Below the pieces are notes generated by a model. That model was not told where the DNA came from. It was given only the letters and a program-made list of their open reading frames with translations, and searched no databases. Position numbers and translations under genes: made by a program. From the NCBI GenBank assembly GCA_963712115.1, contig CAVQGX010000012.1, positions 10,839 through 74,838 of the forward strand: a DNA stretch of 64,000 nt, in the 5' to 3' direction. Source of the stretch: an uncultured delta proteobacterium. Lineage in GTDB: Bacteria; Desulfobacterota; Syntrophobacteria; BM002. This document shows, one piece after another, positions 25,940 to 34,502 of this stretch (positions are counted from its first letter, which is position 1; each line of letters starts with the position of its first letter).

Positions 25940-26908
25940 ATGAAGAACAAATTTATGCCACGGCCGAAAATTATGCTGTCCTTTTTCGCTACCTTCTGCG
26001 CCATAGCCGTTACTTTTATTTCTCTTTGTTCACCATGTGGAGCCGAAGAATCAGACACTGCAGGGGATGAACCTAGTGAGGCAGTTTCGACACAGGAAGA
26101 CACCTCAGGAGAGGAGAAAGAGTCTGCCATTAGACGGGGGGAAAGAAAGGAGAAAAGGATAGGAGATGGCGTCTTTTCATTGAGCAGCCATCGGCAAAAT
26201 TATTTTCTTCCTCTTACCTATAACAGCAATCCGAACAGGGACACCTATGATGCTGCTGGTGAAAATAAGCCAGGTAATATTGAGGTGAAATTTCAGCTCA
26301 GCTTCAAGGTGCTGCTGTGGGAGAAAATATTCTGGGACAAAGGTGACCTATTTTTCGGTTATACGCAGCTTTCTTTCTGGCAGCTTTACGATAAGAAATT
26401 GTCTTCACCTTTTAGAGAGACCAACTACGAACCGGAGGTATTTTTCAAATTTGATACGGATTTCAATGTTTTTGGACTCACAAACCGGTTCATTACCGTC
26501 GGACTTAACCACGAATCAAACGGAAAGAGTGGAGATCTTTCACGAAGCTGGAACCGCATATTTGCCGTCATTGCCGCCGACCGAGGAAACTTTGCCATCG
26601 CACTAAAACCCTGGTACCGGATTCCTGAGGATGATGATGACGATGACAATCCAAATATTGAAAAGTATATGGGATACGGTGAACTCTTTGGCGCATATCG
26701 GCTGAAAGGGCACGTTTTTTCGTTCATGCTGCGAAACAATCTGCGGCAAAATAATAGGGGAGCTGTGGAGGTCGGATGGAGCTATCCAATTACGTCTAAC
26801 CTGAGGCTATACGGCCAGTACTTTAACGGCTATGGAGAGAGTCTGGTCGACTACGATCACAGCATAAATCGTATCGGTGTTGGTGTGATGCTGAACGACT
26901 GGCTTTAA
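25940..26908 (+). CDS. pldA: Outer-membrane phospholipase A (OMPLA)
   Basis: 'EVKFQLSFK', 'SSPFRETNYEPE', 'HESNG...SRSWNR', 'YFNGYGESLVDY'. Confidence 0.95.
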   Translation: MKNKFMPRPKIMLSFFATFCAIAVTFISLCSPCGAEESDTAGDEPSEAVSTQEDTSGEEKESAIRRGERKEKRIGDGVFSLSSHRQNYFLPLTYNSNPNRDTYDAAGENKPGNIEVKFQLSFKVLLWEKIFWDKGDLFFGYTQLSFWQLYDKKLSSPFRETNYEPEVFFKFDTDFNVFGLTNRFITVGLNHESNGKSGDLSRSWNRIFAVIAADRGNFAIALKPWYRIPEDDDDDDNPNIEKYMGYGELFGAYRLKGHVFSFMLRNNLRQNNRGAVEVGWSYPITSNLRLYGQYFNGYGESLVDYDHSINRIGVGVMLNDWL

Positions 26909-27089
26909 CCCGGATGTTTCATGAATCGCTCGCTGCGACCCTGGATATGGCCGTCCTTCCAGGCGTCCTCGGGTGTCGACTCCTGCGACGTACCGTTCAG
27001 GTACGCCTCGGAACCAACACCCTGTGGTTCCCCGGTGGCACGCCCATCTTCACGGTCTCGCAACAGCAATTCATGAAACATCCGGGTTA
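26906..27089 (+). mobile_element. 184-bp MITE copy 1 (TA-flanked, about 19-bp TIRs)
   Basis: TA-acccggatgtttcatgaat ... attcatgaaacatccgggt-TA; non-coding; overlaps the pldA stop codon. Confidence 0.88.
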
Positions 27090-27245
27090 GAGATTTTTTG
27101 ATTTTGGATTTCGGATTTTTTAGCTGATCGCTCAGGGCAGGCCATTCGGCAAGCTCCCGGCGCCTAGGCGTGGGACAGATCTTCCGCTAGCCCTGTTGAA
27201 TTCCGCTCCGCGGACCCACCGAAGGTGGGATTCAACAGGGCAGGT
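27090..27245 (+). repeat. Repeat mosaic with hairpin 'gccctgttgaat...attcaacagggc'
   Basis: gatttt/gatttcg heptamers; perfect 12-bp inverted repeat at about 27190-27241. Confidence 0.7.
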
Positions 27246-27559
27246 CACTCAGAAGAGACATCAGCAAAGGCCAAAAGGGGAGGCTGCGAAACAATGAGCA
27301 TCTGAGCAACCTATCCTTACGAATCTCAGCCTCGAAAGGGTTTGCATGAAGATGTGGTGCTTGCTCAACAGGAACTCTGCCAATAAATGGCGCGAATATG
27401 ATCATTGTGGAGTAGCTTTCCCGTGGCCTATGTCACAAGAATATTTTTGGGAAAACTCCTGGTTTCATCCTGATTGACTTCCTCGCCTGAATAAGATAGA
27501 TGATCAGATTCCCCCGCGATCGATGCCGTCCGATCTTCGGGGGTGGAAGATGGAGAACT

Positions 27560-29365
27560 ATGATCCAGACCCGCAACTTCAGCATCATCGCCCACATCGA
27601 TCACGGCAAGTCCACCCTGGCCGATCGCTTCATCCAGTACGCCGGCCTGGTAAGCGACAGGGACTTCCGGGACCAGGTCCTGGACACTATGGATCTAGAG
27701 CGTGAACGGGGCATTACCATCAAGAGCCACACTATCACCCTGCCATACACCAGCCGGGCCGGGCAAGACTTCGAGCTCAACCTGATCGACACCCCCGGAC
27801 ACGTGGACTTCTCCTATGAAGTGTCCCGGGCCCTGACCTCCTGCGAGGGAGTGCTCTTGCTGGTGGACGCATCCCAGGGGGTGGAGGCCCAGACCGTGGC
27901 CAACGCCTACCTGGCCATGGAACAAGACCTCACCATCATCCCGGTGATCAACAAGATCGATTTACCCTCCGCTGACGTAGAGCGAGCCAAGCTAGAGATA
28001 GACAGGGAACTCGGCCTTGACCCGGAAGAGGCCGTCCTCTGCTCCGCCAAGGAAGGGTTGGGCATCGAGGAGATCCTCGAGGCCATCGTGAACCGGATCC
28101 CGCCCCCGAAGGGCAGCGTGGACAAGCCGCTCTCTGCAATCATCTTTGACGCCAGCTACGACCCCTTCCGGGGAGCGGTCATCAGCTGCCGCGTCTTTGA
28201 CGGCACGGTGAGGGTGGGAGACACCATCCGGCTCATGTCCAACAAGGCAACGTACAGGGTTGAAGAGGTGGGTATCTTTCGCCTGCGGCGGGAGCCGCGG
28301 CGCGAACTTCCAGCAGGCACGGCGGGCTACATCATCTGCGGAATCAAGACGGTGAGCGCCACCCGCATTGGCGACACCATCACCCTCGACGCCGACCCGG
28401 CTCCTGAACCCCTGCCCGGGTTCAGGCGGGTGAAGCCGGTGGTCTTTTCCTCCCTGTACCCCATCTCCTCGGACGACTACCATGGGCTCGCCGAGGCGCT
28501 GGAGAAATACGTGCTCAACGATGCCGCCCTGGTCTACCAGAAGGACTCCTCAGCGGCCATGGGGCAGGGTTTCCGCTGCGGCTTCCTGGGATTGCTCCAC
28601 CTGGAGATCGTCCAGCAAAGGCTTGAACGGGAGTACGATCAGGCCATTATCATGACCGTGCCCAGTGTGGAGTACCGTTTCACCCTCAGGGGAGGCGCGA
28701 CGGTCACTGTGGACAACCCGCAGTACTACCCGGATCCGTCCATGATCGAACGGGCCGAGGAACCCTACATCAAGGCGAGCATCTTTACCCCCGAGCAATA
28801 CATGGGCGCGGTGATGCAACTCTGCACGGAGCGGAGGGGCCTGAATCCCCGGTTCAGTTACCCCGCACCGGGGAAAATGGAGATCACCTTTGAGGTACCT
28901 CTTGCCGAGGTGATCTACGACTTTTACGATCGACTGAAGACCGTCACCCGGGGGTACGGATCTTTTGACTACGAGCTCATCGGCTACCGGGAGAGCCAGT
29001 TGGTGAAGCTGGACATCCTGGTGAACGGCGAGAAGGTGGACGCACTCGCCGGTATAGTCTACCATGAACGTGCCCGGAAGTTGGCGGTGCAGCTGTGCGA
29101 TCGGCTCAAGGAGGAGATCCCCAGACACCAGTTCAAAATCGCCATACAGGGGGCCGTCGGCGGCAAGATCATCGCCCGCTCGACCGTCAACGCCTTCCGT
29201 AAGGACGTGACTGCCAAGCTCTACGGCGGCGACGTCACCCGCAAGCGCAAACTTCTGGAGAAGCAGAAGAAGGGCAAGAAGCGCATGAAGATGGTGGGCG
29301 CCGTAATGATTCCGCAGCAAGCCTTTGTGGCGGTTCTGAAGTCAGACAAAGACTGCGGATTTTAG
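27560..29365 (+). CDS. lepA: Elongation factor 4 (LepA)
   Basis: 'RNFSIIAHIDHGKSTLADR', 'DTPGHVDFSYEVSR', 'GFRCGFLGLLH', 'YGGDVTRKRKLLEKQK.GKKRMK'. Confidence 0.97.
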   Translation: MIQTRNFSIIAHIDHGKSTLADRFIQYAGLVSDRDFRDQVLDTMDLERERGITIKSHTITLPYTSRAGQDFELNLIDTPGHVDFSYEVSRALTSCEGVLLLVDASQGVEAQTVANAYLAMEQDLTIIPVINKIDLPSADVERAKLEIDRELGLDPEEAVLCSAKEGLGIEEILEAIVNRIPPPKGSVDKPLSAIIFDASYDPFRGAVISCRVFDGTVRVGDTIRLMSNKATYRVEEVGIFRLRREPRRELPAGTAGYIICGIKTVSATRIGDTITLDADPAPEPLPGFRRVKPVVFSSLYPISSDDYHGLAEALEKYVLNDAALVYQKDSSAAMGQGFRCGFLGLLHLEIVQQRLEREYDQAIIMTVPSVEYRFTLRGGATVTVDNPQYYPDPSMIERAEEPYIKASIFTPEQYMGAVMQLCTERRGLNPRFSYPAPGKMEITFEVPLAEVIYDFYDRLKTVTRGYGSFDYELIGYRESQLVKLDILVNGEKVDALAGIVYHERARKLAVQLCDRLKEEIPRHQFKIAIQGAVGGKIIARSTVNAFRKDVTAKLYGGDVTRKRKLLEKQKKGKKRMKMVGAVMIPQQAFVAVLKSDKDCGF

Positions 29366-29411
29366 ATGCAGATTCAGTCGCCCGCTCCACCATGTAGCTT
29401 TATACTAACTA

Positions 29412-30755
29412 TTAGAAAGGGACTCTAAGGATACCTTTGAGGGCAGAGCCAGCACCTGGGAGCTTTCTGGAGAATTTTCCGGAAAAGCCCTTACTGCCTC
29501 CGGGGAGGCCACCAGAAAAATTTCGCCCGCCTGTAGAAGGTTGGCTGGAAGACCTCCCTTCGCTTATCCCAGGAGCTCTGAAGACCCTTGTGGAGTCTCT
29601 ACGGGCTCTCTGAACTTCCTGACCAGGAGAAGTCTTAGCCCTTACCCCGGTACGACCATTAAAAGTCGGTAGCTGTCGAGCTGTTTCAGAGGAATCTCTC
29701 CCGCGCGAAGTAGGAGGGCCTAGGGATCTCCCTTGGTTTTTCCCGAGAGCGGTAAAAGGGTTTGCAGAGTCTCTGTGAGCTCTTTGAATGTTCTGTCGAG
29801 GAGAAGTCTTAGCCCTTACTGAAGTACGACCATTGAAAGGTGGCATCTGTCGAGCAGTTTCAGTTCTGGAAATTCCCGCAGAGCCGATGGGCGACTTTAA
29901 AACGGCCGAATTTCTATCTCCTGGTCCTGCCGAAAACCTCATCCGGTCATGGCTGCGTTGTAAGATGGACCGAGCTCCTTTTCGAGCCTCAGCTGTAAAA
30001 ACCGGTCTTCCATTAGTCCTCCTCGCCACCGCTCTCAATGACCTTCCCCCTCGTCGTTTTACAGGATCAACCCTAAAAAACCTGCGATGACCACGGTGAA
30101 AGAAGTGATTGCTGACAACGACTACCCGCTTGTGAATAATGGACACTTTATGGAAGTCATGGAGGATGAAGAATCCAGAGAAGAAAAACCTAGAGCACCA
30201 GAAAGGATAAGGAACCCAGGCATAGAGGTAGAGGTAATCTGGGGGCGGAGGATAGTAAGTAACCACCGGTGGGCCTTCCCTGTAGTAATAATTGTTAATC
30301 ACCGTCGGTTGGGTGTACTGAGGAGTTGCCGGCGGTGGAGCTTCGGCGTACCCTCCAGACGTACGGGCCACCACAGATAAACCAAGGTCGGCTGCAACGC
30401 TTGCTAATGCCTCCAAAGCTTCATTCTTGTCCATGGACAGTCTGTTCGAATCAGCTGCGGCAGCCACAGCATCCTCTAACTCCCCGAGAATGTCCGGTGT
30501 CACCGGATAATCGGAGATCCAGCCGTTTTTCGGGGCGATTCCGGCTGAGGCCAGCATGGTTTCTGCTTCTGTCTCATTTTCAGCTGTGCCTATCTCAAGA
30601 CCGCTAACCAGCCTAACGGCAAAATCGCCTTCACGGACAAGATCAGGTGCCACTGGGGGAGGGGTATTGGTTGTCTGCCTTGCTTGCGGGTAAGCTGCGG
30701 GCGACGACATGAGGAATAAAGCAAGTGCCATCGCTATAGCTGATAATTTCTTCAT
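29412..30755 (-). CDS. Exported hypothetical protein with Pro/aromatic core and basic low-complexity tail containing an internal duplication
   Basis: Signal 'MKKLSAIAMALALF'; repeated 'ETARQ.P.FNGRT.VRAKTSP.Q..QRA.RDS'. Confidence 0.75.
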   Translation of the reverse strand: MKKLSAIAMALALFLMSSPAAYPQARQTTNTPPPVAPDLVREGDFAVRLVSGLEIGTAENETEAETMLASAGIAPKNGWISDYPVTPDILGELEDAVAAAADSNRLSMDKNEALEALASVAADLGLSVVARTSGGYAEAPPPATPQYTQPTVINNYYYREGPPVVTYYPPPPDYLYLYAWVPYPFWCSRFFFSGFFILHDFHKVSIIHKRVVVVSNHFFHRGHRRFFRVDPVKRRGGRSLRAVARRTNGRPVFTAEARKGARSILQRSHDRMRFSAGPGDRNSAVLKSPIGSAGISRTETARQMPPFNGRTSVRAKTSPRQNIQRAHRDSANPFTALGKNQGRSLGPPTSRGRDSSETARQLPTFNGRTGVRAKTSPGQEVQRARRDSTRVFRAPGISEGRSSSQPSTGGRNFSGGLPGGSKGFSGKFSRKLPGAGSALKGILRVPF

Positions 30756-30825
30756 TTTTTTCCCTCCCTTCCAAAATTCAAATGGGCCGTACTCCAACAG
30801 CGGTTTAAGAGAGGAGACCCAATGA

Positions 30826-31233
30826 TTATTTGCGGAAGCGTTTTGGGTCTCTCTCTCCTCTGCGCCTGTGAAACTTCTCTCTTAAACCATCCAGTTTTTT
30901 CTTTTGATCTTCGTTAAGTTCCTCTCTAATCTGGGCGAAACCTTGATCCATTATTGCCTTAATTTCTGGACGGTTTTTAAGATAATACTCGCGTCGTTTT
31001 TCAAGCATTTGTTCAACGATCGGATCTATTTTGGTCTTTTGATCCGAGGTCAAATTTAACTCTTTTGAAAGATTTTTCATAATGAAAGTCTTCCTGGCTC
31101 TGGGCTCCTTTATTAGCGGGGCAAGCCTATGCTTTAAGTAGAATCCTGTGCCCAGTGAACCAGCCAGAATCCCAAGGACAAACACCAGTAATAAGCCCGA
31201 AATTAGCTTCCATCTAATAACTTTTGCACTCAT
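30826..31233 (-). CDS. Membrane-anchored Spy/CpxP-like helical protein
   Basis: N-terminal TM; 'ELNLTSDQ', 'LNEDQ' LTxxQ-like motifs. Confidence 0.7.
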   Translation of the reverse strand: MSAKVIRWKLISGLLLVFVLGILAGSLGTGFYLKHRLAPLIKEPRARKTFIMKNLSKELNLTSDQKTKIDPIVEQMLEKRREYYLKNRPEIKAIMDQGFAQIREELNEDQKKKLDGLREKFHRRRGERDPKRFRK

Positions 31234-31242
31234 TGTTTCACC

Positions 31243-31566
31243 CTAGAGTCCAAAGAACTGGTTAAGAGTAATTTCCTCTGTACTGTTCACAAGTAACTGA
31301 ATAACGTCGTCGGCCGAAATGAAATCGAAGGAAGACAATAGCAAGGTCAACCCAAGTATCAATAGACAGGTAACCGGGGCAAGCCGCCATACAAGTTGCT
31401 CGAACATCACAAGAGAGCTTGGTCTCGCCTCGATTTCACCGAGCTCGCGAATGCGACGCATGACCTCTTCCTGCCACTGGTCGCCTACTTCGACGTTTTC
31501 CCTCTCCTGATAGGCTCGCCGAAGTATTGCTCTCAGCGCTTCATGTTCATGTTTGTTTGGACTCAT
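31243..31566 (-). CDS. Putative transmembrane anti-sigma factor
   Basis: Directly follows ECF sigma; 'W..EVMRRI' and one TM helix. Confidence 0.65.
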   Translation of the reverse strand: MSPNKHEHEALRAILRRAYQERENVEVGDQWQEEVMRRIRELGEIEARPSSLVMFEQLVWRLAPVTCLLILGLTLLLSSFDFISADDVIQLLVNSTEEITLNQFFGL

Positions 31567-31584
31567 CCTTCACTCCCTCCGCCC

Positions 31585-32169
31585 TTAAGACATTTCCTTT
31601 ATTAGCTTATGAAGTTTTTTGCGTGCGCGAAATGACCTCACCTTCACGTTGACAGTGCTCCAGCCTAAAAGATTGGCGGCCTCCTTTATCGAATAACCTT
31701 CCAGGTAGACCAGCTCCAGCACCATCCTGTCCTCAGGAGATAACTTGTCCAAAGCCCAATCCAATATTTCTCTTGCTTCTTTTTGTGAATCTCTCTCGTA
31801 AAAAGATTGACTTGAGCTGTTGGATGTGGCCTCTTCGAGCCAAACCTGATGTTTCTCAGAGAGAGAACTCAGTGGTATCTCGCGATATCTATAATGCTTT
31901 CTCCAGAAGTCATAACAAGTTCTTATAGTTATGGTTGACAGCCACTGTTTAAAGCCATCATCTCCCTTAAATGTCGGTAAAGATTGATAGGTCCTGACAA
32001 ACACGTCCTGCGCGACCTCTTCTACCTTATCAAATGGAATATGCTTTCTAACTATTCTCACAACATGAGCCTGATATCTCTTCAATAGGCGTTCAAAGGC
32101 GTTCACGTCGCCTGAGACAACCTGATTAACTATTTCAGTATCAGCAGAACTGTGAGAATCAGTATCCAT
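31585..32169 (-). CDS. ECF sigma factor (RpoE-like)
   Basis: 'GD..AFE.L..RY', 'EEVAQDVFVR.Y', 'F..WL..I..R.CYD', 'LSPEDR...L....G.S.KE.A'. Confidence 0.93.
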   Translation of the reverse strand: MDTDSHSSADTEIVNQVVSGDVNAFERLLKRYQAHVVRIVRKHIPFDKVEEVAQDVFVRTYQSLPTFKGDDGFKQWLSTITIRTCYDFWRKHYRYREIPLSSLSEKHQVWLEEATSNSSSQSFYERDSQKEAREILDWALDKLSPEDRMVLELVYLEGYSIKEAANLLGWSTVNVKVRSFRARKKLHKLIKEMS

Positions 32170-32233
32170 TAGACCTATCAGCGGGATTTTAGTTTTTAGA
32201 GAATCTCACTCAGCGACCGAACACTATTGGTCA

Positions 32234-32270
32234 CAGAGGTGAGGAAACTACATCTGTTTCCTCACCTCTG
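32234..32270. terminator. Perfect 15-bp stem hairpin between spy-like gene and sigma
   Basis: cagaggtgaggaaac-tacatct-gtttcctcacctctg; no clear U-tract. Confidence 0.55.
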
Positions 32271-32282
32271 CCCGGACGAATT

Positions 32283-32768
32283 CTAGTTACTGGTATCTTC
32301 TGGCACTGGACCGCTCCGAGCTTTCAGCCTTTCGATTCTATGGGCTTTACCTTCTTGTAATAATTGCAGTTGTTCGGGAGTGAGCACTGTTTTCAATTCG
32401 GCCATCATTTTCACTCTCATAACCAAGAGTTCTTCTCTGATTGGTGCCGCCCGGCGAAGAGCATTTCTGATTGCATCTTCATCAGGGTGTTCGGTCTCCA
32501 AAACTCTGGCGAGGTCTCTTCTTGCCTCTCTAAGGCTCTCTTTAAGGCTTTCCCTTTCATTCTCATATTTTTCTGTGATGCTCAATATCTTAGATTGCTG
32601 AGAATCCGAGAGGTCAAGTTGAATCATGGTTTGCAGGCCATGAAATCCGGGCCCCATGATGCCGGGAGGCCTATGATGCCGCCCAAAACGGCCGGCTTCC
32701 ACCGCAACAGCACCTGCAAAAAAAATTGTTAAGAACAGTACGCCGACCAAAGCTTTGTTGAATTTCAT
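32283..32768 (-). CDS. Spy/CpxP family periplasmic protein
   Basis: Signal peptide; 'LDLSDSQQ' and 'VLTPEQ' motifs. Confidence 0.85.
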   Translation of the reverse strand: MKFNKALVGVLFLTIFFAGAVAVEAGRFGRHHRPPGIMGPGFHGLQTMIQLDLSDSQQSKILSITEKYENERESLKESLREARRDLARVLETEHPDEDAIRNALRRAAPIREELLVMRVKMMAELKTVLTPEQLQLLQEGKAHRIERLKARSGPVPEDTSN

Positions 32769-32876
32769 TTTGCCCTCCTGCCATTGCAAGATTAATTATA
32801 GGTCATCTGACGAATTACGCCTTTACTTATTATTATCGCTGGGCCTGGCGAAAAGGTTACAAACTTGGAGAAATTT

Positions 32877-33030
32877 TGGATTGCGGAAAGGCACAAGGCT
32901 CAGGGCGCAAGGCTATTTATGTCACTTGGCTGCGCCGTCATATGCCTTCGGCGTCACTGCGCTGCGCTGTCATTTGTTGTAATAGGAAGGAGCCTTCAAA
33001 TCGCATGCGGAGCTTTGGCTCCGTTTTCTT
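32877..33030 (+). repeat. Intergenic mosaic of short-repeat modules
   Basis: Shares 'ggcacaa.gctcagggc.caaggc...ctgtcatttgttgtaatagg' with 16168-16257 and 'ttcaaatcgca.gcggagctttggctccgtttt' with about 39570. Confidence 0.85.
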
Positions 33031-33184
33031 ATTGTTCATCAAGGTGAATAAGAAAAATACCTAGGTAGTTTTTCTCGAGAAAATACTGCCTTTACCTTAT
33101 TGCATAAGCTGCCCGGTTGTCCATATCATCTATACAGTGGAACGAATTGTGAATTCACCTCTTGTCTTGAAACTCTTTACCCCT

Positions 33185-33228
33185 TTCCTCACCGGGTCAA
33201 TGGCCCGAGCCGGGGAGGAATTTTTTTG
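33185..33228 (+). terminator. Hairpin + U-tract upstream of small ORF
   Basis: ttcctc.ccgg...ccgg.gaggaa-ttttttt. Confidence 0.5.
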
Positions 33229-33294
33229 TTTGTCATCCACAAAAATAAAGCCAGCGTTCCTTCCCCCCATCCCCAGTAAGTAGGAGGGACAATC

Positions 33295-33534
33295 ATGAAG
33301 CAAGATGGCTCAATCAGCAGTGACCATGAGATGAAAGACAGAATGATGATTGAGGTATTCAGGAAGAAGATTCAGGAAAAGAGACTTGATCCTAATCTGT
33401 TGAGAGGCTCTTGGGATGAGGCTAGTGAGCTTTTAGTAGCCCATTTTGGTCAACTCAGCAGTATAATGGAAATCAACAAGTACAAACTTCTCGCCCTTTA
33501 TCAGTTCTCAATAATGGAACTGCAAGTCGGCTAG
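33295..33534 (+). CDS. Small hypothetical protein
   Basis: 79-aa ORF with RBS 'aggaggg'. Confidence 0.6.
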   Translation: MKQDGSISSDHEMKDRMMIEVFRKKIQEKRLDPNLLRGSWDEASELLVAHFGQLSSIMEINKYKLLALYQFSIMELQVG

Positions 33535-33587
33535 GCTAGTTTTAACTCCACCCCTTGGTGCTGAAAAGTGGAGCACTTTTCGGCTCG

Positions 33588-33725
33588 CAGCCCTTCAACT
33601 CCGCTCAGGACAAGCTTACAGCAGGCAGCAAAAAGATAGCCTGTCTGCAGAATTATTGCTGCTTGCTGCGAGCTGACCGCTGCCTGCTTATAAGAACGGC
33701 CAAACTGGCATAACCGGCTAAACAG
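33588..33725 (+). repeat. Intergenic mosaic (REP-like unit, agcaggc/gctgctt inverted heptamers, aactggc)
   Basis: 'cccttcaactccgctcaggacaagctt'; 'gctgcttgctgcgagctg..cgctgcctgct' also at about 50314-50345. Confidence 0.85.
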
Positions 33726-33881
33726 ATTGACACCTCTGAGTATCTTGTGCCAGGGTAAATTTTAAACAAGTTTAAATGTAGAGGTTTTATGTGAGGGTTC
33801 CCAAAGGCTGGGAAGGACTTCACATAACTTAGACATTTCTAAAGCAATACATACCTGCGGGTTTGTTGAGAGGAAATAATT

Positions 33882-34433
33882 ATGAAGTTATTGCGAGACT
33901 ATTTTCTCAGAGGTCTTCTCATCTTTGTGCCTGGGGCGCTGACGATTTTTGCCGTTGTTTGGGCCTTTACCATGTTGGATGGCCTTTTTAGAAATCTACT
34001 TGGGGTAAAGATACCTGGGGTAGGTGTGGTCATAACTATATCCCTTATTACGGGTATAGGTTTCTTGGCATCAAATATATTAGGAAAAAAGATCTTCGAC
34101 TGGTTTGAAAGCATTTTTACCAAGGTGCCTTTGATGAAGCTGCTCTATTCTGCCAGCAAAGATATGATCGGGGCATTTGCCGGAGAAAAGAAAAGTTTTG
34201 ACAAACCGGTACTCGTCGAGCTTGTCATGGGCGGGCCCATGGCAATGGGTTTTATGACGAAGGAGAGTCTTGGGTTTCTAGGGCTTACTGATTGTGTCGC
34301 GGTTTATTTGCCTCAGTCTTATAACTTTGCCGGAGCGGTTCTCATATTCCCTGCAAAACAAGTCAAACCGCTGGAAATAGGAAGTTCAGATGCGATGGCG
34401 TTCATCGTTTCAGGCGGGGTGTCAGGCAAATAG
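33882..34433 (+). CDS. DUF502 membrane protein
   Basis: 'F..GL...VP...T', 'P..K.LY...K', 'VYLPQSYNFAG', 'AMAFIVSGG'. Confidence 0.88.
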   Translation: MKLLRDYFLRGLLIFVPGALTIFAVVWAFTMLDGLFRNLLGVKIPGVGVVITISLITGIGFLASNILGKKIFDWFESIFTKVPLMKLLYSASKDMIGAFAGEKKSFDKPVLVELVMGGPMAMGFMTKESLGFLGLTDCVAVYLPQSYNFAGAVLIFPAKQVKPLEIGSSDAMAFIVSGGVSGK

Positions 34434-34502
34434 GTGATTGAGTGGAAGAGTTAAAAAATTGGGTCCGACCGCAGGAAATAACAAGTAGCGAATCACCCAT
34501 TA

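Noticed and set aside
27265-27420. Riboswitch upstream of lepA
   Set aside because: Some pairing (gaggctg/cagcctc), but no convincing match to c-di-GMP or other aptamer consensus by eye; needs an Rfam scan.
28550-29320. Long antisense ORFs in lepA, typA, tex, glgB and the hydrolase-ligase gene
   Set aside because: Shadow ORFs expected from GC-rich codon usage opposite well-supported genes.
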